From an uncultured Planctomycetota bacterium (GTDB lineage: Bacteria > Planctomycetota > Planctomycetia > Isosphaerales > Isosphaeraceae), in assembly GCA_963737655.1 (NCBI GenBank), contig CAVTTN010000002.1, positions 4,064,001-4,128,000 of the forward strand: a DNA stretch of 64,000 bases, in the 5' to 3' direction. Position numbers and translations under genes: made by a program. The notes beneath the pieces were generated by a model. That model made no database searches and had not been told where the DNA came from. It saw only the letters and a list, made by a program, of their open reading frames with translations. Shown one piece after another: positions 1-8,893 of this stretch (positions are counted from its first letter, which is position 1; every line of letters starts with the position of its first letter).

Positions 1-191
1 TAGGCACGGTAGTACCCCTTCAGGTCGTCCACGAAGGGGGTGCCGTGGAGCAGGCTGTCGGTCAGGGCGACGGTCAGCACAGTGTCGTCGGTGAACCGGG
101 CGTGCTCTTGGAAGAGCGGGAAGTCGGTGGTCTTGACGTTCACCATCTCGTAGATCGAGCCGATGATGTCCCCGGCGATGGCACCGAGCAT
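1..191 (-). CDS. ADP-ribosylglycohydrolase family protein, 5' part (runs off window)
   Basis: Manual translation from ATG at 191: MLGAIAGDIIGSIYE...FTDDTVLTVAL, the GAIxGD and TDDT motifs of ARH/DraG. Confidence 0.85.
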   Translation of the reverse strand, partial: MLGAIAGDIIGSIYEMVNVKTTDFPLFQEHARFTDDTVLTVALTDSLLHGTPFVDDLKGYYRA

Positions 192-419
192 GGGATGCGT
201 CCCACTTTCATTTGTGTTGGGGGTTCGAGCAGAGATGACCCGGCGGGGCGTCCGAGCCCGAGGACCTACCGGACCCGCCGGGGCGATCAGTCATTTGGCC
301 GGACGGAGATGCGAATCGTCCGACACGGGACGACGGCCTGGACTCGGCACCGGCACGCTCCGGGGAGGCGAACCGACCTCGGATTCGGGCGAGCAGGGCG
401 GTCGCCGTGCCGACGAGTG

Positions 420-539
420 CTGGAGGGGCGGAAACCGTTGTTGGTGTTACGGTTCGACGGGGCGTTCCTGTTACGGTTCGCCGAGCGGACGTTCGACGGT
501 TGGTTGTTGAACGTCCCGCCCCGGAGGAGGCGAGGGTTT
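420..539 (-). repeat. DGR template repeat (TR)
   Basis: Ungapped 120-bp match to 1399-1518; AAC-rich, translates as NPRLLRGGTFNNQPSNVRSANRNRNAPSNRNTNNGFRPS; 19 of 20 mismatches at TR adenines. Confidence 0.97.
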
Positions 540-985
540 GGCCGTCGCCCTCTGGAACGGCATCCTACGAAATAGGTCGCACCGCAGTCGATAGGTGTCG
601 GCATGGCGGGCGTGCGCCAGCCAACTCCTGATCCGGGGGCGGATCACGTCGAGGTCGATTCGCCCGGCGGCGAATTCCCGCTGCATCCAGCGTAGGCGTC
701 GGAGGAAGCGGTGGACGTTCTCCTTGACCAGGAGCCGGTGCCTGGGGAAGACCCGGTAGCCCAGGAAGCGGATGCCCTGATCGCACGGGAAGACGACGCT
801 CTTGTCCCGGTGGATCTGGAGCCGCAAGCCCTCCAGGAATCGCTCGACCTCGGCCCGGACCTCGTGCAGATGCCCCTTGTCGTCGGCGAAGACGAGGAAG
901 TCATCGACGTAGCGGACGTAATTCAGCCCGAGCTTGTCGGTGAGGAACTGGTCGAGCGGGTCGAGGTAGACGTTGGCGAAGAACT
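471..985 (-). pseudogene. DGR reverse transcriptase, C-terminal half only
   Basis: Reads FFANVYLDPLDQFLTDKLGLNYVRYVDDFLVF...GIRFLGYRVFP...SWLAHARHADTYRLR; YVDD at 900-911; everything upstream of SQFFAN is missing. Confidence 0.93.
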
Positions 986-986
986 A

Positions 987-1168
987 CCTCGGCGGTTCTT
1001 CGAGTACCTGGCCCGGATCAGCGTCTCCAGCAGCCTGTAGAGGTTCCGCTCGATCCGGTCGCCGAGCACGAAGCGGTGGTTGCGGGGGAACTTGCTCGTG
1101 TGGTGGCAGGACCAGAGGATCAGGTCGTAAGCCTTGGTGATGATGATCAATTCGTCGTTGTTTTTCAT
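987..1168 (-). pseudogene. avd: DGR accessory variability determinant (Avd, four-helix bundle), 3'-truncated
   Basis: ELIIITKAYDLILW...KFPRNHRFVLGDRIERNLYRLLETLIRARYSK is the Avd N-terminus; it abuts the RT remnant. Confidence 0.9.
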
Positions 1169-1291
1169 GGACTTTCGCAGGTGAATCCGATATAATCAAG
1201 TGTAGGAGATGTCAATTGGCTTGAGATCGTCGCCGGAGACCCGATCACCGTGCCCGAGATCCAGCACCCGTTGCCGTCACAACCGATCCCT

Positions 1292-1310
1292 GACTGCCAT
1301 TCTGGCAGTC
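1292..1310 (-). promoter_or_regulatory. DGR-associated hairpin 2 (8-bp stem, GAA loop)
   Basis: Minus strand GACTGCCA-GAA-TGGCAGTC, downstream of the VR. Confidence 0.6.
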
Positions 1311-1331
1311 GTCCGCCATTTTTCGATGCCG

Positions 1332-1346
1332 TCCGGCTTCGCCGGA
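1332..1346 (-). promoter_or_regulatory. DGR-associated hairpin 1 (6-bp stem, GAA loop)
   Basis: Minus strand TCCGGC-GAA-GCCGGA, about 40 nt after the target stop codon. Confidence 0.6.
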
Positions 1347-1385
1347 ATCAAATAAATACATGAAAGAGTAAATACGTAAAAGAGA

Positions 1386-4300
1386 TCAGGGATAAGTCCT
1401 GGAGGGGCGGAAACCGACGTTGGTGAGACGGAGCGACGGGGCGCCCCTGCCACGGCTCGCCGAGCGGACGTACGACGGACGGCCGGGGAACGACCCGCCC
1501 AGGAGGAGGCGAGGGTTTTCGTTTATATGTTCGCTTGTATTTATATTGTCTTCCGCTGATTTCCCGGCGTTCACCCGGTAAGACTCGAATCGGCCCTGGG
1601 TCCACTCTAAGGCGTTGCCCAGCATGTCGAAACCGCCCAGGTCGCTCGGTAGGAGGCCCCCGCCGGGCCAGGCATGCTCGCCGCTGTTCTTGTTATACCA
1701 GGAATATCGGCCGAGGAGGTCGAGCGATCGCCCGTAGTACCGGCTCGTCGTCGCCCCCGCCCGGCAAGCGTACTCCCATTCCGCCTCCGTCGGCAACCGA
1801 TAGCCCGTGCGTCGCAGCACGTCGGCGGGGATCGTCATCCCCGGGCCATAAACCCTTTCGCCGTTCGGCTCGTAACACCACTGGCCCTTCGGGATCCCTT
1901 CCCGCTCGCTCAGCCAGTTGCAGTAGGCGGCGGCACCGTACCAGGAGACGGCGACCATCGGGCCGCTCGGGTCGGGGCTGTATCTGTCCAGGAAGCTTTG
2001 TGCAATCCCGTAATCGGGGTTGGTTCGCACGAACTCCAGGTATTGCTCGACCGTCACCTCCGTGGCGGCGATGGCGAATCGCCTGGGGATGGCGACCTGA
2101 TGGGGGACTTCGTCACTATCTCGATCGGTCTCGGTCGATGGCGAGCCCATCGAGAACTCGACCGGCCCCTCGATCAGGGTGAAGGTCTGGCCCTGGCCGT
2201 TCACGTACCAGCGTCGGTCGCCCCGGCCCTCGTCCCCCAGCTTCCTCAACTCGGCGTCGGCGATCTTGATTTTCTCGCCCTGCCCCCACTGGCGTAAGGT
2301 CCATTGCGCCGAGCCGTGGATGCCGGCGTCGGGGTCGTCCCTGTACAGTGCGAGTAATCTGGCAGCCCGCGGCTCACGCTCCCCAAGCGAGAGCCCGTCG
2401 GACCCATACGTCCCGAGCGCCAGGATCAAGGCACGACGCATTGAGGTCTCGGGGTGGAAGAGGATGGCGTCCATCTTCGGCTGCCCCTGGTCGGGCGTCG
2501 GGCTGGTCCCAGGTCCGATGCGACCGACTTCCATGGCGATGACTTTCGGGTCGGCCCCCAACGGGTTGAGCCAGTTGACGATGAAGCTGCGGAGCCGGGG
2601 GTCGGCGCTATGTCGCAGCAGGGGCCAGACCGCCTCGGCCTTGCCCATGCGGACCAGGGCGACGGCCGCCCGTGCCTGACGTTCCGCCAGGCGATCCTTC
2701 GCCTCCTCCGCAACCACGGGGCGATGCCAGACGGAGGCCGCCACGAGGGGGCCGTCGGGCGTGGTCCGGGCGACCGAGACGGACACGGGCCGGTAGCCCC
2801 GGACGGTCAGGTCCCGGCACCGCTCGGCATGGGCGGCGGGATCGAGGCCGTGGACCGAAATCGCTTCACGCCCGGCCTCGGCGACCCAAACGGCGGCGTA
2901 GCGGCGATCGAGGTGGCCGCCCTTCGTGGCGTCGGCGAAGGCGGGAGACTCCCGGATCGGGTCGAGGTCGGCGTCTTCGAGGATGTGCCCGTAATCGGAG
3001 TAGCCGTGGCGGATCGCTCGATCGAGCAGGGTCGAGGCCCTCTCGGCGTAGGCCCGGCCCCGGCCCGCATCCCTGGTAGCGACGGCTCGTGACGCCAGGG
3101 CGAAGGCGCAGGCGGCGTCATAGAGCAGGGCCGAATCGTCGGGCTTGCTCCTTAGGGCGTCCTCCAGGGCGTCGAAGGCGGGGCCTCCGCCTTCACTGAG
3201 TTCCGCCGCCACGACCACGGCGAGGTAGAGTTTGGAGGAGGGCGTCCCGTCCCCCTTCTGGTATCTCGCAAGGTCGGCCGCAGCCTCGTCCTTGTGGTGA
3301 AGCCGAGCGTGGGCGATCGAGCGGTACTGGAGGGCGGCGGCGAACGTCGGAGCCTTCTCGACCACGGCATCGAGGTCGTCGAGCGAGGCTTGCGTCTCGC
3401 CCAGGTCGAAGCGGGCCGTGGCCCTGGCGAAGCGGGCGTTCAGGTCGCCCGGTTTCGCTTTCAGGCTCTCCTCGGCGGCCTTCAGGCGGAGTTCGGCACG
3501 TTGCCGGCTCGATGGCATCCGGCCCGCACCGGTGACGGCCAGGTCGATGAGGGACTTTTGACCTTGATCGGCAACGCCCTGACCCAGCGCTGCTTCCGTC
3601 GAGTCCCACGAGATGTTCCATGGCAAGTCCTTCGTCGAGGACCGTCCCCAGACCCCGCTATGGGTGGGCTTCTCCCCCGCCGCCTTCATGACGTGCTGGG
3701 TCCGGGGGAACAATCCCTGGCCTTTCAGCAAATCCTGGGCTGCTGCAAGGTGATCGGGAGAGACTCCGGCGTAGAGCCGGGCGTCATCGTCGCCGGCTTT
3801 CTCCGACCAGAGGGCGGCATAGCGATCGGTGGGTTCCCCGCCCCCCACGGTCGCCGTGTATCCGGCGACATCGACCGGGACGTAATTCGCCGAACGGTTC
3901 TGCTCATCTTGCGCCCGGACCGTTTCCGCCGCCAGCGCCGAGGCCAACCGCCAGCCTCGCCCGTCTCGTGTCCAGAGTGCCGCCACCCGAACCCCCGTCC
4001 CATCGTCGTAGGGGCGGAACCGCACGGGGCGATACCCCGACCTTCGAAGAGCCTCGGCGGTCGTGAGGAACTCGTCCAGGGGCATCGTCTGGCAGGAAGC
4101 GAACCGCTCGGCGAAGAGACCGCCGTTCGCCTCGACCCGGCCGACGAGGGTCGGGTCGGGTTCGGTCCATCTCCGATCGATCGGCGGGTCGTTCCACGGG
4201 TGCGTGGCCTTCTTCCGGATCTCGGCCTGGAGCAAAGGCAAGGTCTTCGCCGCCTTCCGTTCGACGACCGGGAAGAGGGTCGAATACGCTTTGGGGTCGG

Positions 4301-7300
4301 CATCCATCAGCAGGTCGGCCAGCACTCCAGGATCCTCGGCGGCGTAGTCCGCCAGGACGTTCGTCGCCAGGTTGCGCTCGGTCTCGGAACGGCCCTTGTC
4401 CCGGAACACCGACGCCAGGGGGGCCAGGAGCCTGCGACGGATGGGCCGCAGGGACTCGATGAGCGGCGTGTAGTCGGCGGGGTTCTTGATGACGGCCGCC
4501 AGGGTTCGGTCGGTGAGGAACGGGGCCGGGGCGTCCCAGAGCCCGTCGGCCTGGGCGGCGTCGGAGTGCGCCAGGGCGCAGGCGGCCCGGAATCGCTTTT
4601 CCGGATCCGCCTTGTCCTCTTCGAGCACCCGTCGCAGCCGCCCTTCCGCTCCCGGATCGTGCGTCCGCAGGACACCCCAGATGACCGGCACCTCGACGGG
4701 AGAGGCCGCAAGGAGCCGGGCTTCGAGATGCTCGGCCTGCTTCCGGTCGCCCGGCCGCAGGGCGACGCTGGCAAGGCTCGCCCGGAGATGGGGGCCGCCG
4801 TTCTCCTCGGTGCTCGCCAGCAGGCGGTCGAGCGGGCGGGCGGCCCAGCGGCGGTAGGCCCCGAGTTGCTCGATGATCGCCGGGGCCTCGGTCGTGGCGG
4901 CGGTCTCCAGCTTCTCGACGATCGCCGAGGCCCGCATGTTGCCGAAGCCCTCGACCCCGCCCCAGGTCAGCAGGGCGAGGAGTGCGGCGAGGCCCGAGGC
5001 ACGCAGGGCGTGGATTCGCCCGGCCCTCTTCATCATGGAACGCTGAGGCCCGCTCCAGGTCTTCCGTTGGCTCATCGTACGGATCGTGGCCCACTCGACG
5101 AGGGATGGCAGTTGGCGATTCTCCGGCCTGGCGTTCCAGGTCGCCGACCGCTCGGCCAGCCGCAGTTCGGCACGCCCACGGCGGGTCTCCCGCTGCTTGC
5201 GGGTGAGCCATTCCCGCAGCGACGGGACGAGGTAGTCGTGGGTGAACTGGTAGTACCGGCCCCCGATGGGTTTGCCCGCCTGGCTGTCCTCCGTGGAACC
5301 CTGGGGGTCGGTGGGCGTGATCAGGCGTAGCTCGGCGTCGAGGATGCGGATCAGGTCGTCGAAGTCTCTGGGACGGTCCCCGTACCCCGAGGCTTCCCGC
5401 AGTTCGGTCTCCGACCTCATCTCGCCCTTGATGTCGGTGCCGGTGGCGGGCAGGAGGGTCTTCAGCACCGCCTGGGCCGCTTTCTGGTGGAGGCGGTGCT
5501 CGGGGGGTGCCGTGGAGGCGCTGAAGGTCTCTTCCAGGAACGTTACGCCCACGCCCTGAGTACCACCCACTTCCCTCAGATTCGCCGGGGTCCAGGGCTT
5601 CGCCTTGACCATCTCGGCGAACAGGGCCAGACGCACAGGGATGATCTTGCCGCCCTGGGCCAGGCCCGTAACCGATTGATCCAGGAATGCCTGCTGCCCG
5701 GAAGTGAGGTCCGAGGCCCTCTCGGGTAAGATCCCGTACGCCTGGCCGAACGCCATCAGGACTTTTCGTGCGTGTCGGGGGTCGAACAGGTCCATGAGGG
5801 CGCTGTTCTCGCCGACGATCGAGCGGACTTCGAGGTCTCTCATCAGCCGGTTGGCGGCCCCCCAGAAATCCTCCCGCACCATCAGGAGAACCTGGGAGTG
5901 CTCGCCGTCGCACTGCCGCAGGGCTCCGACCAGTTCCGGGTTGATCTCGCCGTGATTTGCGAAGAGCCACTGCTCGAACTGGTCGATGACGATCAGGATC
6001 TTCTGCCCGGATCGAAGGCAACGGCCACGCCGCAGGTCCGCCAGGGAATCGGCGAGGTTTCGATCGGTGGGGAGGTCCGGGCACGCCTTCCGCAGCCCAC
6101 GCAGCAAGCGGACCTCCGTGTCCCCGGCGGTCGCCTCGACGTAAACCGTCTGAACATACTTCCCCAGCCGAGGGATGAGCCCAGCCTTGACCAGCGAGGA
6201 CTTGCCGCAGCCGGAGGGTCCGTAGATCAGGCCAACCTTGAAGGTCTTGTCAGGGTCGGTCTCCTCGATCCTGGTCTTCCAGAATCGCAGGCTCTCGGGC
6301 AGCCCGTCTCGGTCACGGGCGCCGGGCAGGAGTTCGAGGAAGAAGTCGGCGTCGTGCTCGTCGAACGAACGCAGGCCCTTCGGAACGACCTTGACAGGTC
6401 GGCTGTCCGAGTCGGTTCGACCCGACGTGGGCGGGACAGGCGTCGCTGCTTGCGTTGGGTCGAGCGGCAAGGACAAATGGGTCGGCGTCACCGGCTCGGA
6501 TGACACGCCCCGAGGGTCGGCGGTCTTGAGGAATACCCGCAAATCCTCGGCGAGGTCCATCGCCGTCGTGTACCGCTCGGTCGCCCGCTTCGAGAGGGCC
6601 TTGAGGCAGATCCGCTCCATCTCTTTGGGGATTGCCTCCACGACCTGGCGTGGTGGCCGTGCCTCGGTGATGGCGATCTGATCCAGCAGTTCGTTCCTCG
6701 TGTCGCCCCGGAAAGGGCGTTTCCCCGTCAACAACTCGTAGTAGACGACCCCCAGGCTGAAGATGTCCGAGCGACCATCGACCCGGTGCCCCTCGCCCCG
6801 AGCCTGCTCGGGGCTCATGTACGAGGGTGTCCCGGCGAAGCCCGACCCTTTGCCGAAATCCTCGTCCTTCAAGGCTAGGCCGAAGTCGGCGAGGATCGCC
6901 CTCCCCGAGGCGTCGATCAGGATGTTGGCGGGCTTCACGTCCCGATGGACCAGGCCCCGTGTGTGGGCATAGTGCAGGGCTTCCGCCACCGTCGCCACGA
7001 GGTCCGCCGCATCACGATGAGAGAGAGCCACTCCCTTGGGCCTCGCCGCCAGGTCGATCCCTTCGATGTACTTCGAGACGACGTAGCAGAGGCCGTCGCT
7101 CGTGCGACCGACATCGTGGACCGGGACGATCGAGGGGTGGTCGAGCCTGGCGACCGTCCGGGCCTCGGCGAGGTACGCCTCGATGTCCTCGGGGCTGGCG
7201 ATCCGCTCGGCGTTGGGCACCTTGATCGCCACGGGGCGGTCGAGTTCGTCGTCGTGCGCCAGGTAGACCCGCCCGAACCCGCCCTGGCCGAGACGACGGA

Positions 7301-7406
7301 CGATCCGGTAGCGGCCGATCGTCGCCGGGTCGGTCAACACGACCTGCGGAGTCGTGGCCGAGGCGTGGGCCGTGACGGTCTCGGCTTCATCGAGTGGTTC
7401 GCCCAT
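1386..7406 (-). CDS. DGR target: Ser/Thr kinase + STAND-like NTPase + TM/helical repeats + YAALW-type repeats + TPR + C-terminal FGE-sulfatase (CLec) domain
   Basis: GQGGFG/VAIK/HRDVKPAN/DFG; GPSGCGKS and IVIDQFE; GYRPV...YAALW repeats; LYDAACAFA TPR; FSMGS, RLPTEAEWEYACRAG, DMLGN, GFRP. Confidence 0.95.
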   Translation of the reverse strand: MGEPLDEAETVTAHASATTPQVVLTDPATIGRYRIVRRLGQGGFGRVYLAHDDELDRPVAIKVPNAERIASPEDIEAYLAEARTVARLDHPSIVPVHDVGRTSDGLCYVVSKYIEGIDLAARPKGVALSHRDAADLVATVAEALHYAHTRGLVHRDVKPANILIDASGRAILADFGLALKDEDFGKGSGFAGTPSYMSPEQARGEGHRVDGRSDIFSLGVVYYELLTGKRPFRGDTRNELLDQIAITEARPPRQVVEAIPKEMERICLKALSKRATERYTTAMDLAEDLRVFLKTADPRGVSSEPVTPTHLSLPLDPTQAATPVPPTSGRTDSDSRPVKVVPKGLRSFDEHDADFFLELLPGARDRDGLPESLRFWKTRIEETDPDKTFKVGLIYGPSGCGKSSLVKAGLIPRLGKYVQTVYVEATAGDTEVRLLRGLRKACPDLPTDRNLADSLADLRRGRCLRSGQKILIVIDQFEQWLFANHGEINPELVGALRQCDGEHSQVLLMVREDFWGAANRLMRDLEVRSIVGENSALMDLFDPRHARKVLMAFGQAYGILPERASDLTSGQQAFLDQSVTGLAQGGKIIPVRLALFAEMVKAKPWTPANLREVGGTQGVGVTFLEETFSASTAPPEHRLHQKAAQAVLKTLLPATGTDIKGEMRSETELREASGYGDRPRDFDDLIRILDAELRLITPTDPQGSTEDSQAGKPIGGRYYQFTHDYLVPSLREWLTRKQRETRRGRAELRLAERSATWNARPENRQLPSLVEWATIRTMSQRKTWSGPQRSMMKRAGRIHALRASGLAALLALLTWGGVEGFGNMRASAIVEKLETAATTEAPAIIEQLGAYRRWAARPLDRLLASTEENGGPHLRASLASVALRPGDRKQAEHLEARLLAASPVEVPVIWGVLRTHDPGAEGRLRRVLEEDKADPEKRFRAACALAHSDAAQADGLWDAPAPFLTDRTLAAVIKNPADYTPLIESLRPIRRRLLAPLASVFRDKGRSETERNLATNVLADYAAEDPGVLADLLMDADPKAYSTLFPVVERKAAKTLPLLQAEIRKKATHPWNDPPIDRRWTEPDPTLVGRVEANGGLFAERFASCQTMPLDEFLTTAEALRRSGYRPVRFRPYDDGTGVRVAALWTRDGRGWRLASALAAETVRAQDEQNRSANYVPVDVAGYTATVGGGEPTDRYAALWSEKAGDDDARLYAGVSPDHLAAAQDLLKGQGLFPRTQHVMKAAGEKPTHSGVWGRSSTKDLPWNISWDSTEAALGQGVADQGQKSLIDLAVTGAGRMPSSRQRAELRLKAAEESLKAKPGDLNARFARATARFDLGETQASLDDLDAVVEKAPTFAAALQYRSIAHARLHHKDEAAADLARYQKGDGTPSSKLYLAVVVAAELSEGGGPAFDALEDALRSKPDDSALLYDAACAFALASRAVATRDAGRGRAYAERASTLLDRAIRHGYSDYGHILEDADLDPIRESPAFADATKGGHLDRRYAAVWVAEAGREAISVHGLDPAAHAERCRDLTVRGYRPVSVSVARTTPDGPLVAASVWHRPVVAEEAKDRLAERQARAAVALVRMGKAEAVWPLLRHSADPRLRSFIVNWLNPLGADPKVIAMEVGRIGPGTSPTPDQGQPKMDAILFHPETSMRRALILALGTYGSDGLSLGEREPRAARLLALYRDDPDAGIHGSAQWTLRQWGQGEKIKIADAELRKLGDEGRGDRRWYVNGQGQTFTLIEGPVEFSMGSPSTETDRDSDEVPHQVAIPRRFAIAATEVTVEQYLEFVRTNPDYGIAQSFLDRYSPDPSGPMVAVSWYGAAAYCNWLSEREGIPKGQWCYEPNGERVYGPGMTIPADVLRRTGYRLPTEAEWEYACRAGATTSRYYGRSLDLLGRYSWYNKNSGEHAWPGGGLLPSDLGGFDMLGNALEWTQGRFESYRVNAGKSAEDNINTSEHINENPRLLLGGSFPGRPSYVRSASRGRGAPSLRLTNVGFRPSRTYP
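1399..1518 (-). repeat. DGR variable repeat (VR) at the 3' end of the kinase gene
   Basis: Encodes NPRLLLGGSFPGRPSYVRSASRGRGAPSLRLTNVGFRPS; adenine-specific differences from TR. Confidence 0.97.
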
Positions 7407-7530
7407 CGAACGTCACTCCCGTCTTTAGACGAGCCTCCGGTGCTCGCATCCGATCGGATTGTCCCAGAAGGAATGGCAGCAGGCCAGCGGATTACGAGCA
7501 AACCCGGACCGGCAGCCACGCCGCAACGTC

Positions 7531-7985
7531 CTAGCTGCCGATTCCTGTCGCCTGATTCCCCCAGATGATCGCCGTGGTCTTGGCCAGGACATCGCCCCGG
7601 TCGCTCCGCTCGTTGAGGTGGAGGTCGAGGTGACCTTTCCTGCCTGACCGCAATTCGCTGATCTCCGCACGCACCCAGACCGCATCGGGGAGGCCAAGGT
7701 TGACGATGCCCTTGATCTGGTTGAGAAGGTCGGTGAGGGTGAAGCCCTCCTGGTCGAGAGTCGGTCCATCGGGGCGGGCGTACATTGCTTCGGAGCGACG
7801 AAAGAGTCCGAGGCTGATGATTTCGGTTGAAGTGCGGTCGGCAGCCAGCGTTTGAGGGGTTCGAGGTTCGTACCGGGCGGGGCATACCACCGCTTCTTGT
7901 CCCAATCGAACCACGCTCCGAGGGCCTTTGCGTCCTCCTTTTCGGAGAACGGGACGTTCAGGTCGGTCCGGGTTTCGGAGATCAT
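7531..7985 (-). pseudogene. DUF5710 + exonuclease VII large subunit OB-fold fusion, frameshifted and truncated
   Basis: LNVPFSEKEDAKALGAWFDWDKKRWYAP in one frame; TLTDLLNQIKGIV...VWVRAEISELRSGRKGHL...IW in another. Confidence 0.7.
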
Positions 7986-8072
7986 TCATCTCGCTCAACG
8001 ACGGCTGGCTGCATCGCCTTGGACATCGACATCATCCCATCACAGGCCGCCGATAGAGTCCACTCCAATCCC

Positions 8073-8810
8073 TCAAGTGCCAGCAAACCCTGCCACGACG
8101 GGGTTGCGATCGCTCATCACGTCCCACTCGGGCGAAGAGACGACCTCGCAAGATCGCAGGTGTGGCAGCCAGGATCGGGGGACGAAGAGCCCGTCGCAGT
8201 GGTAGGGGATGGTCGGGGCGTTCGACCAGCGTAGGGTCTGGTCCAGGGGCCGGTCGGGGTTGGCCTCCCGCCAGCAATTCACCAGCCCGAATTCGTCCTG
8301 GAGCGTCACCTGGATCGCCCGATCGGCGGCGGACGTGGTGCGATCCTCCGAGCGATGCCGCTCGCCGATCCCGATGTTGAAGTCGCCTCCGATCACGAGG
8401 TCGCCCCGACCGGCGTGGGCGGCGATCATGTCGAGGATGGCTTTGACGGCACGGTGATAGCTGCCCCGGATCTGGGCGTGGACGCTGAAGACCCTCAGAG
8501 GCACGTCCTTGCGATCGGGCCGTTCCGCCCCGACGACCCTCGCACCGACGACGTGGCCGTGGAAGTCGGGGAGTCCGATCGGTCGGGCCTCGCCTCGTCC
8601 GACATAGACGGCACTGCCCCAACGCCGACCTTCGACCTGCCTCCAAACGGCCCTTCGCCGCAAGTCGCCGTGAAGGGATGGCGGGAGGTGTTCCTCGGGG
8701 GCGAGGGTCTCTTGCACGAGGAAGATGTCGGGACGGAACTCGCCCAAGACCTTCGACCAGTGAGTTCGCCCCGCCCCGCCCGATCGGATGTTGTAGGTGG
8801 CGAGCAGCAT
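8073..8810 (-). CDS. Endonuclease/exonuclease/phosphatase family protein
   Basis: ATYNI, PDIFLVQE, GGDFN, CDGLF, SDRNPV (the usual SDH His is replaced). Confidence 0.85.
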   Translation of the reverse strand: MLLATYNIRSGGAGRTHWSKVLGEFRPDIFLVQETLAPEEHLPPSLHGDLRRRAVWRQVEGRRWGSAVYVGRGEARPIGLPDFHGHVVGARVVGAERPDRKDVPLRVFSVHAQIRGSYHRAVKAILDMIAAHAGRGDLVIGGDFNIGIGERHRSEDRTTSAADRAIQVTLQDEFGLVNCWREANPDRPLDQTLRWSNAPTIPYHCDGLFVPRSWLPHLRSCEVVSSPEWDVMSDRNPVVAGFAGT

Positions 8811-8893
8811 GGTGTCGATGCTCGAAGTCTCCGATCATCATACCGCTGTTCGCTCGTCTAGTTGTTCGATGCCTCCCACGAATTGAGGATCGG

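Noticed and set aside
287..604. 105-aa Asn-rich ORF as a protein
   Set aside because: It is the translation of the TR in the VR frame; TRs act as RNA templates
471..985. Group II intron or retron RT
   Set aside because: The adjacent avd and adenine-biased TR/VR pair identify it as a DGR RT
3294..6084. Long antisense/alternative-frame ORFs (e.g. 3294-5330, 3904-6084, 39871-41766, 48394-50655, 57625-60261)
   Set aside because: Shadow ORFs typical of high-GC DNA; they overlap well-supported genes and have no recognisable motifs
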